A DNA stretch of 64,000 nt from Antedon mediterranea. Its lineage: Eukaryota; Animalia; Echinodermata. The notes under the pieces were generated by a model. That model had not been told where the DNA came from. It saw only the letters and a list, made by a program, of their open reading frames with translations, and did not search any database. Numbering within the stretch: the first letter of the stretch is position 1; each line of letters starts with the position of its first letter. Below, in pieces: positions 35,801 through 50,800 of the stretch. A program made the position numbers and the translations under genes. The stretch is taken from positions 25,499,365 through 25,563,364 of the forward strand of contig NC_092678.1 in NCBI RefSeq assembly GCF_964355755.1, given 5' to 3'.

Positions 35801-38800
35801 AACGATTTAGATAGCATTTACAGATTATTATTATTGCCATTTTAAATATGTTTATTTTATATTGATTTGTACAAGACTGCTTCTCCTTCTGGAGGTTTTA
35901 TGAAATAAATAAATAAAAACATAAATAAAATATGATGAAAATGTACAATACTATAACATGCCACAATAAGTCACACACACTTAGCCAGTTGTATTTAAAA
36001 TGCCATAGTAATAATAATAATGCTATGGCTTCACATAAAAATAAATTAATCCATGAAATAAATAAAAAACCAAACCTTCTTACCTGAATTTCATGAATAA
36101 GTGTTGCAAACTTGGAAGGAATCCATGAAATAAATAAAAAACCAAACCTTCTTACCTGAATTTCATGAATAAGTGTTGCAAACTTGGAAGACTTTGACGT
36201 CCAAGTTTGTAATTGCTTTACTGCGTTCTCGAAGTTTCCTACGTAATCGGAATACATCCGTAAGAACGGCGCCAGCAACTTCATAATATCCCCGATTCTT
36301 GGTTTACTTTCCCTGTCAAAACACAAAAGTTTTCATCAAGTTTGTTTTACAGGTTTTAACTTTAATGATTACTTTATTTGTAGTAAATTCAACCACGTCT
36401 AGACTAGCTCCCAGTTTGTTTATTGTCTTTTCTATGTTGTTATTATTCCTACATATTTTGTCGGTAATTAGATTCCAGCTATTATATATTCTGACCCACC
36501 ATGAGTACCAATATTAACCAGGATTGCCGTTTACAACCTAGACTAGATCATGCATTTATTCTTTATTCTCTTGTATATGACCCACCATGAGTACCAATAT
36601 TAAGCAGGATTGCTGTTTACAACCTAGACTAGATCATGCATTTATTCTTTATTCTCTTGTATATGACCCACCATGAGTACCAATATTAACCAGGATTGCC
36701 GTTTACAACCTAGACTAGATCATGCATTTATTCTTTATTCTCTTGTATATGACCCACCATGAGTACCAATATTAACCAGGATTGCTGTTTACAACCTAGA
36801 CTAGATCATGCATTTATTCTTTATTCTCTTGTATATGACCCACCATGAGTACCAATATTAACCAGGATTGCCGTTTACAACTTAGACTAGATCATGCATT
36901 TATTCTTTATTCTCTTGTATATGACCCACCATGAGTACCAATATTAACCAGGATTGCCGTTTACAACCTAGACTAGATCATGCATTTATTCTTTATTCTC
37001 TTGTATATGACACCCTATGAGTACCAATATTAACCAGGATTGCTGTTTACAACCTAGACTAGATCATGCATTTATTTCTTTTGAATAAAACTGTCAAAAA
37101 GTTGTTAATTTGTTAGGATTACCATTGTATCATTCTCTCTTCTAACTGAGGCAGTAAGAATTCTTTGTGGAAGCTGTAAATACTGGAGATATTTGAAAAC
37201 ACCAGGTTTATGACTTCTGGCGGGAAGAACTGTTTTTCACGATTTTCATCATCAATCCTACGACGAAACACCTAAAAATGAACAAAAATAAATTAGATGG
37301 TTGTAAAATAACAGACTAGCTCTCTTATTTAATCAAAGCCCTGTCTACACAGGTATTCATCTACACTATCAAACTAGTTTGAGAAAAAGAGTGTGATGTA
37401 CGTGCTCAAATATGATAGTGGTATACACAAATATGGTAGTGATATGCCCAAATATGGTAGTGATATGCACAAATATTTTATGTGATATGACATCCTCGTG
37501 TCCATGTTTTGGCACATCACATTTTTTTGTCACATAAAGTTTGATAATGTAAACAGATCTTAAGGAATACACATTTATTTTAGTTTATAAATAGCATAGA
37601 CATAGAAAGATAACCAAATTAAGTTTAGTTTAGACATAATGGGTAAGTTTATGTGGTGTGTGCCTGTTTAACCCCATGTAAGTAAATATAAATATGATAC
37701 ATAAATCCACAGGCAAGTTACTGAAAATGACAATGCTGTATGATACATAAAATGTATTAACAGGGCTAAATTTTCTGGCTGTTTTACTTTATCGTTTTGA
37801 TTTAGCTTGTTGGTTATTTCATTTTGTATCTTTTGTATTTTTGTATCATTGACATCCAACCACTAATTCTCACATAATTGTAATTGTGTTCAGTAATTTT
37901 AGTTTGGATGTATTTAGGCCTATGCTTACATAAGAACGCATGGTTGACATTATTTGTATGAGTTTCGGGATCCCTTTGACCCGGAGGGAGAGTACCCGTC
38001 AGGGTCCCTACCAAGGGTTACAGGTCTCAGGTTTTTAGTTGTTTGAAAATTAATTAGTGTTCCATGACCTTCTCATCAAAATTAATGTCTCTCATTGTTG
38101 TGATGTCAACATAATGTCAATGACGGCGAAATGTCCCCAATAATGGGGATAGCTATGCAAACAAGTATTGTTTGTTTGTTTTATCTTTATACTGGGTGAC
38201 CTCTTCAGTCAACGACTGATCTCCCAGAGGGCCCAGTTGGTGATCAGTGGCTGTGGTGTACTAATACCCCGGGGTAACCCCCTACTCGTCTCGAAAGATG
38301 TACTAGGTTCTTTAAAGTGCACACGAGCAAGTTGTGTACACTGGACCTACGGTTTATAGTCCTTATCCGAGAAGACTCGTTCTACCACCAGAACCATGGA
38401 GTGAGTGAGCCTCGAACCCCTGCCGATGTTATGGCTAGCTACGTGATTACGGTTCCACTGTCTTAACCGCTCGGCCACTCATTCATAAGTAACAAGTAAG
38501 TAATACCATATTTAATAAAAGTCAATATAATGTAAAGAGAGAAAGTCAACCCAATTTATAGCAAAACGTCCTTAATTTTGACAATCATATTGTACTTTTA
38601 TGATTGAAATAAGGAGTGGCTCTATTAACAGGATATTACAGTATTCCTTTACTTATCCAATGGAATTGAGCATTGGAATTATGAATGAAAGCAGTAAATA
38701 AAATGTTTATAGTTTAATAGTTCAACGTCTATAATCTGTCATACTTAAATATGACTCAATTATGTAATGTCAAATCTTTATGTTATAGATATGATTCCAA

Positions 38801-41800
38801 TAAGATCAGACGATTTCAATGATATTAATGATTATTCTAATGATGATGTTACTGAGATTCCTACATGTTCCAGCAGATGTAATTTTTAAATATATATCAG
38901 ATGATTTCAATGATAATGATTCTAATGATGATGTTAGTGAGATTCCTACCTGGTCCAGCAGATGTAATTTTTCAATATATGTCCTCTCAGAGGTTAATAC
39001 TTCATAGGCTACTTTCTGATAGTCGCTTGTAAATGTGGTTAAATCATTTACTTGTGTCTGCTGAAAAAACAAATAAAAGTCATGACATTCAAGTTAAGCG
39101 TGGAGGAATGAGGTTAGAAGCTATTATTAAGTAATTATTCTCTGGCTTACGGTAAGTAAGGTAAAGTTGACATGGAAAAGATACAGTAAGGGTATGTAGT
39201 TTCTCCTGCCAAATAAATACCATGTATGAATTTAGGCAACGAAAATATTGATATGTTGTTTACGATGATGTTGTTTTACAATTGAATGAAGCTTTTACTT
39301 TTACTAATAAGACCATAAAACCATAATTTTATCTATTAAAAGATTAATAGTACTTTAGTTTATTAAGGACAAATTAGTAACACCACTCCTAAACTCCGCC
39401 TTAAATTAACACCACTCCTAAACTCCGCCTTAAATTCTATATTGTCTATTTATAATCATGTTATATCTCAGTGATATAAACCAGTAACAGTTTTCTATAG
39501 GATTAGGTGACATAATCCCTGGCATTGACAGCTTACAAGATGTCTTAGTATTAAAAATTCATCATGTGGTTTTCAAAGTCTAATTTTGAGCAAAAGGTAT
39601 ATCTTGTCATATTTTCAATGTGTTGTATTTTTTAAGTCTAACTTTAAAAAAGGTATATCTTAGTGTAGGTCATATTAGTGTAGGTTCTGGATGGTGACTT
39701 AGTAATTCCTAAAACAAAATCATTTTGGCATAGAAAAAAAAAACGTAAGAGATAGTTGTGGCAAGGTTAAGCAACATTGACGTTGTCACTGGCTTGTGTA
39801 CTATACTATTCTATAATGAATAATTGAGATGAGGTACACATATTTAAACATTATAAATAGGTAGAATTATCATATCTGACTCATCTTTGATTAAATGACG
39901 ATGACTTTTGTGCATTTTGACATTAAGTCTTTGTACTTGATTCAAAATAAATTAATTTTGACATTTATTCAGATTTTTAAAACGTGTAGTATAGCCTTGA
40001 ATGATCTTGGGTACGTTACCATAAAATAAACAACTAATTTATTAATACAAGTCTACGTAGTTTGTGTTTTCAAATTCACATTTAAAAAAACCATTTGTCA
40101 CTCGGGAAATGTTTAGTTTCTACCATCTATAAAAAGGTATAATATTAAATTTAAGTTTATCTATATTTAGTTAAAAATTTAAATAACAACTGCTGAAATA
40201 TTAACAGAATTAACAACAACAAGGACTGTAGATAAATACTCCCATTGAAGAACTGAAAAGCTTAATATTTAATTGAATTGATCACTTTATTTCATAATAA
40301 ATATTCCATACAACAAAAATTAACACAAAACAGAAAATCACACTAAAACAATATTACGTTTGAAAATTTAAATTATTTTAAAACATTTTATTTTGTCAAG
40401 TGCCGTTCAATGAACTTTGTTTTTTGGGTTTTTTTGACAATTGTTAATAACAAACTGAAAAATGAAAAATCATAATTCTAAACATGAGTAGTAGAGAAAT
40501 TATTATCCCTCGACGAGACCAAATAGATTACCGAGATTATTGATGTTGGTTCGATAACGCTGGCTCAACGAAGCATTATCATTTAATAAATTATGTAAAT
40601 GCTAGCAATTATATAAATTATTTTGCACCCATGGCATGCCTTTATGTGTCACCATATTCTTCATGAAAATTTGAAACTCATAAATTGAAAACTTGGTTGT
40701 ATATAATTTAATTAAATGTAATTTTATTAGCTTATTGATTGGATATAAATACCAAAACATTAACCATTTATTTGAATCATTTGAAAACATAAATGCGATG
40801 TAACATTCAAATAAGATTGTACATGAATGTTTAGATATTATCAGAGCATTGCATACATTAATTTCTCAAAAGGGTTTTTAACTTAAAAAAACATAAATTT
40901 GGGTTATTAATTAATAAAATATGTTAGTTAAATATTGATTAATTATTTATTTATTTATTTATTTAGGTTTAAAAACACATACAAAACAGCAGCCATTGGC
41001 TACTATAGGCCTACTAATTTAACAACCACACTACACTATTATATTATTGTCAGGGAGTTATCCAATTATATAAGTTTTGAAATATTTTGATATTATCAGA
41101 GCAATTTCGTACTGTATATTAATTTCTCAAAAGGTTTTTTAACTTAAATTTGGTTTATTAACTAATAAAAATAGGCCTATAATTTAACTATGACGCTACA
41201 CTATTCATGTCAGGAATTACCTATAAATTTTGAAATATTTTTACAGGATGTCCTGTATAAAATGTAGTGCTGGTTCAAATAGGATGATTAACCCATAGAA
41301 GAAAATTACAGTATATTAACTGTACACCACATCATGTAAGCAATATGAATGTGTAGCCGTATTGTATAGTTATTAGGTGTATAAGACATTCATCATTACC
41401 TTAATATCAAAATCAGATTCCAGTTCAAAATGGCTGCTTTCGCTATCTGACCAAAAAGCACTATCCCTCATCCAATCCATTATTTACACTTTCTCATCAA
41501 AAGTGGATTAAACCCAGAATCCAACGACACTTAAAACCCTTTACTTAAGCAACATTTTTAAGCACGGTCTAGAAGCACTGGACCAAGACACACATCATAC
41601 ACTGTTGGTGGTTAGCACACAGGAACTGTTATGAATGTATAACACTATACATTTCCTTGAATTGATAGTCTCTACTCAGTTTACAAGGTCAGATCAGACT
41701 TAAATTAAACGACTCGGATTAAACAAAGCGATGATGCGATTACTATTTTTAAAATTTAATGTTTATAGCAGAAATATAGCTATGGTTTTAATTTACCATA

Positions 41801-44800
41801 ACTAACTAACTAACTATGGTAAGTTTAAATATTGAAACATTGGTTTTCTATTTATGTAATGTAATAATGATACTATATCACATTTTAATTAATATGGATG
41901 CCATTAAAAAAAGTATAGGTATAGAGAAATTAATTAAGTTAATGGTGATTGAGAAAAAGTAGGTCCACCTAGATTCGAACCCAGAATGCTTGATATGCAG
42001 GTGTCCTACCATCAGACCATTATTATACATAATATGAAATATGAAATCACAAATTTAACACAAAAATTGTATTTAAACCATGGTCACTTTTAGTTCATTA
42101 CTTCACTAATGATTTATTTTATCATTATATATCAGTATGTTTATTCAAAATTCACATACAAATTATTATTAATTAATTAATTATTATTTTAAACTAAAAT
42201 TACATTTTTTTAATGTATATTTATTAAGAATATTTAATTTGTTAGATTTAGTTAGTTTATCTTAATTCAAGACCCATTAAAAGTTCTTGAATATTTATTA
42301 GTCTTAAGTAAGGTCACAACTAATTTGCATATCAGGTGAAAAGTTGTTGTTGCTACTCTGCTTATAGTCAAGCAGACTACAGAGGCTAGAAAGTACCACA
42401 GCCAAGCTAAGTACCACAGCCAAGCTAAGTACTACAGGCCTACTGTAGATTTACTGGATATTATAATATGCATTATTTTTTACTGGAATTATAATATTTG
42501 GATATTTTTGGAATTATTACAACCTTAGGTGAGTTAAACTATTATTTTAATTAGTACTAAGTTGTATGAATAATGTTCTTTATAATAAATTATCATTGTT
42601 TACAAGTCTCTCTGAGGGTGTGCTTTAGTCCGCTGAACTAATGCTTTGGTTGCTCACTGGCTAGCTTACCACCACACTACTACCACCACTACCACTACTG
42701 AGATCACAACCTTTGGCAGCCTAGCCTTCTTGGTCTTATTTTTTGTTCTAATCTAAAATATAGTCTTATATGTATGTATGGGTCAGTGTTCTTGGTCTAT
42801 GTAATTTAAATATCAGGTGGTTTTTTCAGGTAATAATTAAATTTAAATAATAATTTATAACTTTTTTGATTTGTAATTTATAGGTCCATGGTATAACTGT
42901 ACTGGTTGTATCTTTTTGTGTAGCCATTTAATCTTTTACAAATTGTGTTTTATAAAATAATTGTTTATTTAACTATGAATGATATTGATATATTATGTAT
43001 TATGTAATGCAATTCATTTGATACCATTTTTATTATAAGATAAAAAAATAAATAAACTGTTATTACTTGGTTTTAAATAGTTTATAGTCAGTATAGTTAC
43101 TGAAGAAAAGATAAATAAAGTTATGTAAGAATGGAACTTCAGAAATTTTGAATTTAAATAATAATTTATTTTGGCTAGTACTTACTTTTGTTTCATCTTT
43201 CTCTTGATCACTCAATGATTCGTCATCTGAAAAATCTGAATCGCCGGCAATCGGATCATTGTCGTCCGATTCCTCTGCGGAATAAAAGTTTTTAGAATCT
43301 CGTGGACTATAGCCCGAGTCACCGCTTGTATTTGATCCATCTGTGATTTCTCCTGCATTTTTATTTGCAGCAATGTTCTCATAAATTTTCCTTCGATCTT
43401 TGCTACTACGAGAGATTTTTTTTCGTTTTACTGCGACGGACTCAGTGCTATTGGTCGGGTCCAGGTTCACAACGGCATATGGTCCAATGTTTTCTGTCGG
43501 TACCGAATCATACGGTACATGGTGCGACGGTTCACAGTACCCGTCGGTAGTGTCATTACAGCTTGGTTTCTGTACGCTAGTTGGATCATCGTAAACTGGT
43601 TCCGTTTTAGGTTTTGGCGCAACTTCAGGTACATTATTATTGTCTGTTGTCGAACTTTTTTGTAATGACGTCTGTTTTTTGACTACCGGCGGAGAACTAA
43701 AGTTGCCCGTTTCAAACATTCCACGAATACTTTTTACGTTTGAGGGCCGATTTTGTTTCTTGGAGGTTGGTGTTACAGGGCTAGGTTTATCCTCATATTT
43801 TTTAGCAATTTGTTGTACATTTGTTGGTGAACAACTTTCAGTTGGGGTGGTGCTTGGGCTGCCATTTTGCTGCTTTTTTGTTGCTAGGTTCTTCAAGAAC
43901 GATGGCTTCTTTGGTACTAAAGTAAATTAAAAACACATTTTCAAGTTCAAATTTGACTTTTTGCTGTAATCTATTATTGTAACCATGCATGATAGGTGGT
44001 ACAGAGCGTTTTTTTACACTTTTTTCATAATCACATATTTTGATGGTAACAACTAAATTTCAAATTGTCCCAGAGTGCTAGATTGTACGGAATTTGGGGT
44101 GTGGGATTTGGGGTGTGGGATGTGGGATTTGGGGTGTGGGATTATAGTGGGCGCATTACATTACAATTTACCAAAGTCGAATTTAGCATAAATTTTTGTG
44201 CGATTGAAACATGATATGTTACAGTATGAATACCAATTAAAATCTTATTTACAAAGACTCACGAAAGCTGTTTATCTTTTAATCTTTAAGTGTGCTGCCC
44301 TCAGTGTTGTAACAAACAGCAAGTCATATTATGAGTCACATGATTTTGTTAATTTATCAGTTAACTACGCTCTGTAACAAAGTTTCCTGAATTTGACAAA
44401 TGATTTTTTTTTTATTGAGATGTCAATTTATAATTTATGTACAAAGCACAATTTAATGTTGTGCCTGAATTTAAAACATTATTTGATTTCAGAATTTTAA
44501 CTATATTTTCTAAAATGTTTTTAATGTTATCGGTCCCTGAACTCATAAGAATGTCAGTACATTATAATGTGATAGCAACATTACTGTCTGAAGTATTTCC
44601 TTATGTGATGTAAATTTAGCTCATAGTGGTTTTAACATTCATGTTTGTCCGACTTAATGTTGTCCGAATGTATTGAATTACTAATTTTTTTCTTCTTTTA
44701 AAAATAAGGAATTTACTGTATAAAAATTAGAAGTGCATGTGTAAAGAGATAAAGAGTAAAGGAAGTTAAAAATTAATGGATTTAAAAGAAAAAGGAAGGA

Positions 44801-47800
44801 ATTAGGTGGAAAAAGAAAAAAGTAATGGCAAAGGTCAAATAAGTTTTTTATATTATTAAACAAGAACTGAAAATATAAATTCAGAAATGATAAACGTACC
44901 TGTATGGATAAAGTAATGTGAATTTAAAAAAAACAGAATGAAAAAAAGTACAATATATTTATTACATCACAATTGCGAATTACGTTTCACTTGAATGTTT
45001 AACATGTTTATAAAAAGAGAACATAACATTATTAATACAGAATTCCTATAAGAAAAGATGGAAAATAAAACAAAAAGAGGCATGCATCATGCAGTGCGCA
45101 CCTGCAGGTTTCAGATTGAGGGGTGGCGGGGGAGGGTGTTTCTTGGGTTTGGTTATGATTTTGCGATCGCGTCTGTAGATTTTCTTGGTTGGGTGCATTT
45201 GTATACTTGAAATTGTCGTTACTGGAATAACATTTATTTTTGGTATTGTCGGCAAAAATTCCGGCTCTTCAACAATATGATTTGGAGATCCCGCAGGACT
45301 GATTGACTCGTACAATGCTTCTTCGCAACAAGGTGGCGATTTTTTACAACTGCTAATTTCTTCCACCATTCTTTTTTCCGTCGTAAGTTCCTGGTTCAAA
45401 TCATTTTCATTGCGAAAGTTCTTAATTTCCTCTTGTGTCGGACTTTGAAGGTAATTCCAAGCAAACACTGAAACAATTCAATATCAAATGTACAACAAAA
45501 AATGTAAAACTACTACTACTACTGTACGATGCAATAACTACACAGATTGATAGACTGAACCAGTCATGCATGACAACTATGATCACATGACAAAATATTA
45601 AGCCAATCAGAACAAAGTATCACTTTGGTTCATTTTCATTAACTAAAACAAGTAATAGAACATATACAGCCAAACAATTACATTTCAAAAAATACCTAAA
45701 TTAACTTTTTTTACAGAAGAAATTTTAATCTTGTTTAACAACCCATGCACAGAAGATTGCACATTCCGAAGGAGGGCATGCGAGTTTCCTACCTCGATTA
45801 TTAAAAGGACTTTTTGGCGGTAACTTGCTCTTAGGAGAAGATGGAAACCAGACTGGAAGATTAAACTGAGCTGTGTCCAAGATATTCCCAACTCTTGCTA
45901 GCCTTTTCTTGGAAAACCATTTGAAATCGTCTTTCATACGTTGCGACTTTGGAGTTGACGGCGACTTTGGACGACTCGTAGTCGGTGACAAAGGCGACGT
46001 CGGCGACGGAATATTTATCTCAAGATCAATTCCTTAATTAATGATACAATGTGCAAGAACGGTTCAGATATAAAACTCATAACACTATGTACAGAAGACA
46101 GAACGAAACTAGTTTTTTTTTCAAAATGTTATCAACTGTGGATGACAGCCTTGCAAATCATATTCGGCTTAAATTAGATAATCAACATAATTTTAAAAAG
46201 TCACGTAAAAAGTAGGTGAAATATTATTAGCAGATAACATAATTTGAAAAAAGCACTAGAGGTAGAATGTTATGATGATAACGTTTATCACGGATTATGA
46301 ATAAATAAAATTGAAAACAAATAATGTTCAAATTCGTCTCCCTATCTTGCTCATCATTTCTAAACATAATTTAAAGCTTAAATACAAATAATTTCCACTC
46401 TTATCTTTGGGAAAGTTAAATAAACTTTCGTTTCATGCTTTGAAGCATGCTGTGTCTTACTTTGAAGATCAGAATTATGGGTTTTTTCTGTCGTCCAGTT
46501 TGTTACTTCTTGCGACAATGCTATTAGGTCCATATTTGCCTTTTCTTTATTTTCCGTGTTTTCGTCGACAGGAGTGTTCAATAACTCTAGGTAACCTGGA
46601 CCAGACAGGTTGCGTCTACGAAAACCACGCTCGTGGACTCGATTATCAATTGTCATGGTATCTCGTGTTAGACTATTTGACTTCTGTAAGAGCTCTTAGG
46701 TGGAATTAAAAGAACATTGGTTGGTACAGTTTTTTACGAAAGTTCAAACGTGCCGTGCGTGTGTTTTATGATTATGTCAAGATAACTAACGCATGATTGA
46801 ACTGATTCTATAAAAGTTGCTCTGTGGTTAAAACTCACATCCAAGAAGTCATGCTTAAGTGCAATAATCAGAAAAATGCGCTGTATTTATTGAACATTAT
46901 CTTTAAGTTTCAAAAGTTCTCTAAGCTAAAGGTTACTAATAATTCAACCATCTTATTAGATAATGTTAGTAAAATAGGACAAATTTTAATTTTGATCAAC
47001 CATGGGTTAGGAGGTAAACCAAATGGCAAACACTGGTATATTCATGCACAAGTTTAAATCACAGTTCTGAAATGTAACCAGTTCCTGTACAAGCTTGGAG
47101 TTCGGATGAAGTGCTCTTAATAATAATAATAAATGAACACATAGCGCCGGTGTCCCCCACCTATTTGGCGCTCATGGCGCTTTGTACATTAGCAACGTGC
47201 GATTACATCAGCAAATAGCGACGTCTTCAAAGTTGGTCTTGAAACTGTTCAGACTAGTCGAGCATTTCTCTTTTCTAGCTCAGTGAAGTAAGGATATAGG
47301 CCTAACTAATAAATTTCCAATTGCAACAAAGGAAAAAAAAAAACAGGATAGATAAAAAACTCACCTACTCTTCACTAAGTCGACAGCTAAAATTTCCAGA
47401 AATGTTGCCTCGTCCAAGAGCTAAAGCAAACTATTAAAACACCAACTGAAACCTGACCTTTATCAAACACTGAATGTAACCCACATGATCCTCAAGGGAG
47501 AACGTCAAGATTTCCCTAATGATGGACACAAAAGGACTCAGAACGGGACTTATCTACCACCATGCGTTCCAAATTGCCCTATATAGGTGGTTTAATAACG
47601 TGTGTGCGTTGAACCGTGAGATAACACAAGATGCAGAGGTACGATACCTAACCGTTTAGATTCCGAGTAAACCTGCACTAAGTGTCGGCTAGAATGACGC
47701 TGCGATTGGTTGTAATCCTTTAAGTTCAGGCGTAACTTGATTAATTAACAAGAAATGCTGCAAGGTAAGATGGCAAATCACCTCGTTGAAATTAGGACGT

Positions 47801-50800
47801 GATCGGGTCAAACCTAACACGTGAAATTAATTCAATTTGTTTACTAGTTAAATTATAATCTCACTACCTTATACCTTATGTATAATTGACGGTAGAGATA
47901 ATGTCTTATCAACGACACTGCACATCATTTTGGTCCCTGGATTTTGAAAATGAGTCAAGATTTGTTTGTTTTGAAATGTCTAAAACATAATTAATTCAAT
48001 CAGGTATTTTATAATATATAAATAACAAGAAGTTTGTATGTTTGAAGCTACATAATTCTATTTTAAAAATTACATTAGTTTATTCAGACTTTCTTATTTA
48101 CTTTCTAAATTATTTTCCAACAAATAAACTTAATTTTTTTTTTTTTTGTATTTTGTATTAATATTTGTCCTCAGTGAGGAAATTCGGATTAGGCCCTCCA
48201 CGGACCCACGGCAGCCAGCAGTGCAGCGCCTACCAGATTAGGCAATGAGAGTAAAGCATCTTGCCTAAGGATGCAATTAGTATGGTACAGATAACCTCGA
48301 ACCCATGCCTATCACATGCTAGTCCGATATTACCATTACACCATCACTCTCCAGTATATACAGCACCCGCCACGATTTCTAGACGGTCTCCCATCCAGAA
48401 CGCAACCGGGCCCAACGTTGCTTAACTTCGGTGATCTGACGAGAACCGGTGTTTCAACGCAGTATGGCCGTATAATAATAATTAATGCACATACTATCAC
48501 CACTTTATTTATCTACATACTGGTACTCAGGGGTGGATTTAGGCGGGGTCTAACAGGCTTCAACCCCCCTAAAATTTAACTTTTTATAATAAAATCATGA
48601 CTTTCTTTATTTTTCTGTAACCTGACGGATCGTTTTTGTTATTTATGAAATATTTTGCTCCCTCCCCTCCCCCCCCCCCGCCCTAATCTATAATGCTGGA
48701 TACGCCCCTGGTACTAAATTTGAAGTATCGACTCTTTTTTTTTTTAGAGCTAAGGAACTCCACTAGTACCTGCTGTAGTAGGCTTAGATGTGCCAATAGA
48801 TGACGGAACAAAACATATGTTCTTTATATTGTCCTATTTTATTAGTGGTCAGTCATGTCACCTGCCTTCGTCCATTGTCACTCATTTATACCAAGGTTAC
48901 AATGATGACAAAATCATTTGTGACAAAACTATTAAGTGACTAAACAAGATTATCTATAAATCACAATATAGACAATCAGGTGTACAGTGTGTTATAAATA
49001 GCATGTAAAGATAATTGGACCAACCTTCTACTGAAGAGGCTATAAATATGTTCTTTTGTCTGTGGATGGGAATGCTTTTTAAAGATTTTTTCTTGTCTTT
49101 TTTTTAAACTACTGTACTGTATAAACTTTTTAAAGAATATTTTTGCATTTTAGACCTTTTCCTTATTATTGATTGATTGAAAATATGACAATTACCAAAA
49201 AGTATAAAAATGTTAATTTCACAATGCTTTCATGCACAAAAAAACATGTTTATATCAGTTTTATTTAAATTTCATTAATATACAGCATATTTACAGGTAC
49301 CAATTGAGATTTAACAAAAACACTATCACTTCTAAACCGACTTTTCACATCAAGATAATACAAATTTGAAAAAAATAATTTGATTATAAATTACAGACGA
49401 GATCATAAATCAAGTTAAATATTAAATATTTTTTAGGAAAAAAATTAAAACTTTGAAATGTAGTAAAACAGTACCTGGTAGATGCTCTACGGATTTTGAC
49501 CGTTTGCTTATTGATGGTCCGAGTGTGAGACGTTTACCTAACATTGACCTAAAACTGGACGGTGAAGATGTGGTCACCGAATCCGACAAACGTTGGTTGT
49601 CTTTCTTTCTTATGATCATCGTTCCGGAGCTGCGATGGATCCGCGTCACTGAGCTACGCTCTCGGGAACCTTTTGATTTGGATAGCAATCAAAGCAGCAG
49701 GATTTAGTTAATTGTATTTTTAAAAAAAACTGAACTTATATTTTTGAATGCCTAGTGTTAAACCTTCGACTTGTCCTAGTACAGTACATTTCTGAATGAG
49801 CACATGTTTTGAGAAGTGTTTTACTTTTATTTTGTCATTATCTTTCAATCACATGAAAGATTAAACAAACTTTGAAACTGAGGCGGGTGGGAGCATAAAA
49901 ATAGTACTTAGTGAAATCTGATGACGTATTATGTTATATTTTTTTCCCCTGAAATTTAGGAGAGACCAGGCCCCAGATGCTCCTCCCATGTACCCAATTA
50001 ATCTTTGATACACAAACAAAAAAATAAATTAGAAGTTTTTCTTTCATTTTTTCTTTGATTTCTCGGTATTCTTTTTTTCTCCTGTACCTGTACTTTCTAT
50101 TGCAACATTTACTGTTGACCTAAAATGACCAATGACCAGCCGTAACTCTCTTATTGACCTGAATATCTGAATCGTATTGATTAAGGTCAAGATTGAATTC
50201 TTGGCCAACCAACAAACTTTTAACGCAATTTGTTTTTCATTCTGTTTAGTGAGTCAGCGTAAAATATAAAATTCAGAGTGACAGTATATTTTGTATACAA
50301 ATTCAATTTAGAAATTTAAATCTTAAACATTTCTTAGAAGGATAGCTTTTAATTATATCATAATTATTAATAAATTATGGACATTTATTGAACTTTGAAA
50401 TTAGCACTATACCGTGTGTAATAAAGTAAAAAAGTACAGTAAAAAAAAGTTTTTCATTAACGGTTTATTTTTATTGGTCTTGGGACAATGACTAAAATCG
50501 TTCTTCCTCCGAATTTACTTAAACTGTTTTGCTCCCATTGTGTACAATGACATTTAAGTCATTTATGGATCGCCTATTGCCTTGTATTGGGACTGTATTG
50601 TTTGATTTGTTTCCTGTCGATAGTCTACGGTAACGGAACATCCCATTTGTAAACGTGGGGAATCACCACTATTTTCAGTCATGTCAAATTATCTGCATAT
50701 TCGATCAAGATGTCTTGAAGGTATAGATTTAGATTCTAAAAATAACTTACTAGGTCTGGATAAAATTTTCTATAAATACTGTGGAAATGTGTTTATAATT

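Noticed and set aside
36492-37077. CRISPR-like array
   Set aside because: Units are wholly repeated with no unique spacers, lie in a eukaryotic intron, and there are no cas genes.
47365-47421. Splice-flanked minus-strand segment (TTTAG...AG|GTGAG)
   Set aside because: There is a stop in the phase-1 frame; it could be a non-coding exon but cannot be supported from sequence alone.
48357-48474. Functional 5S rRNA gene
   Set aside because: It is a solitary intronic copy with substitutions and indels in the 3' half and no oligo-T terminator.
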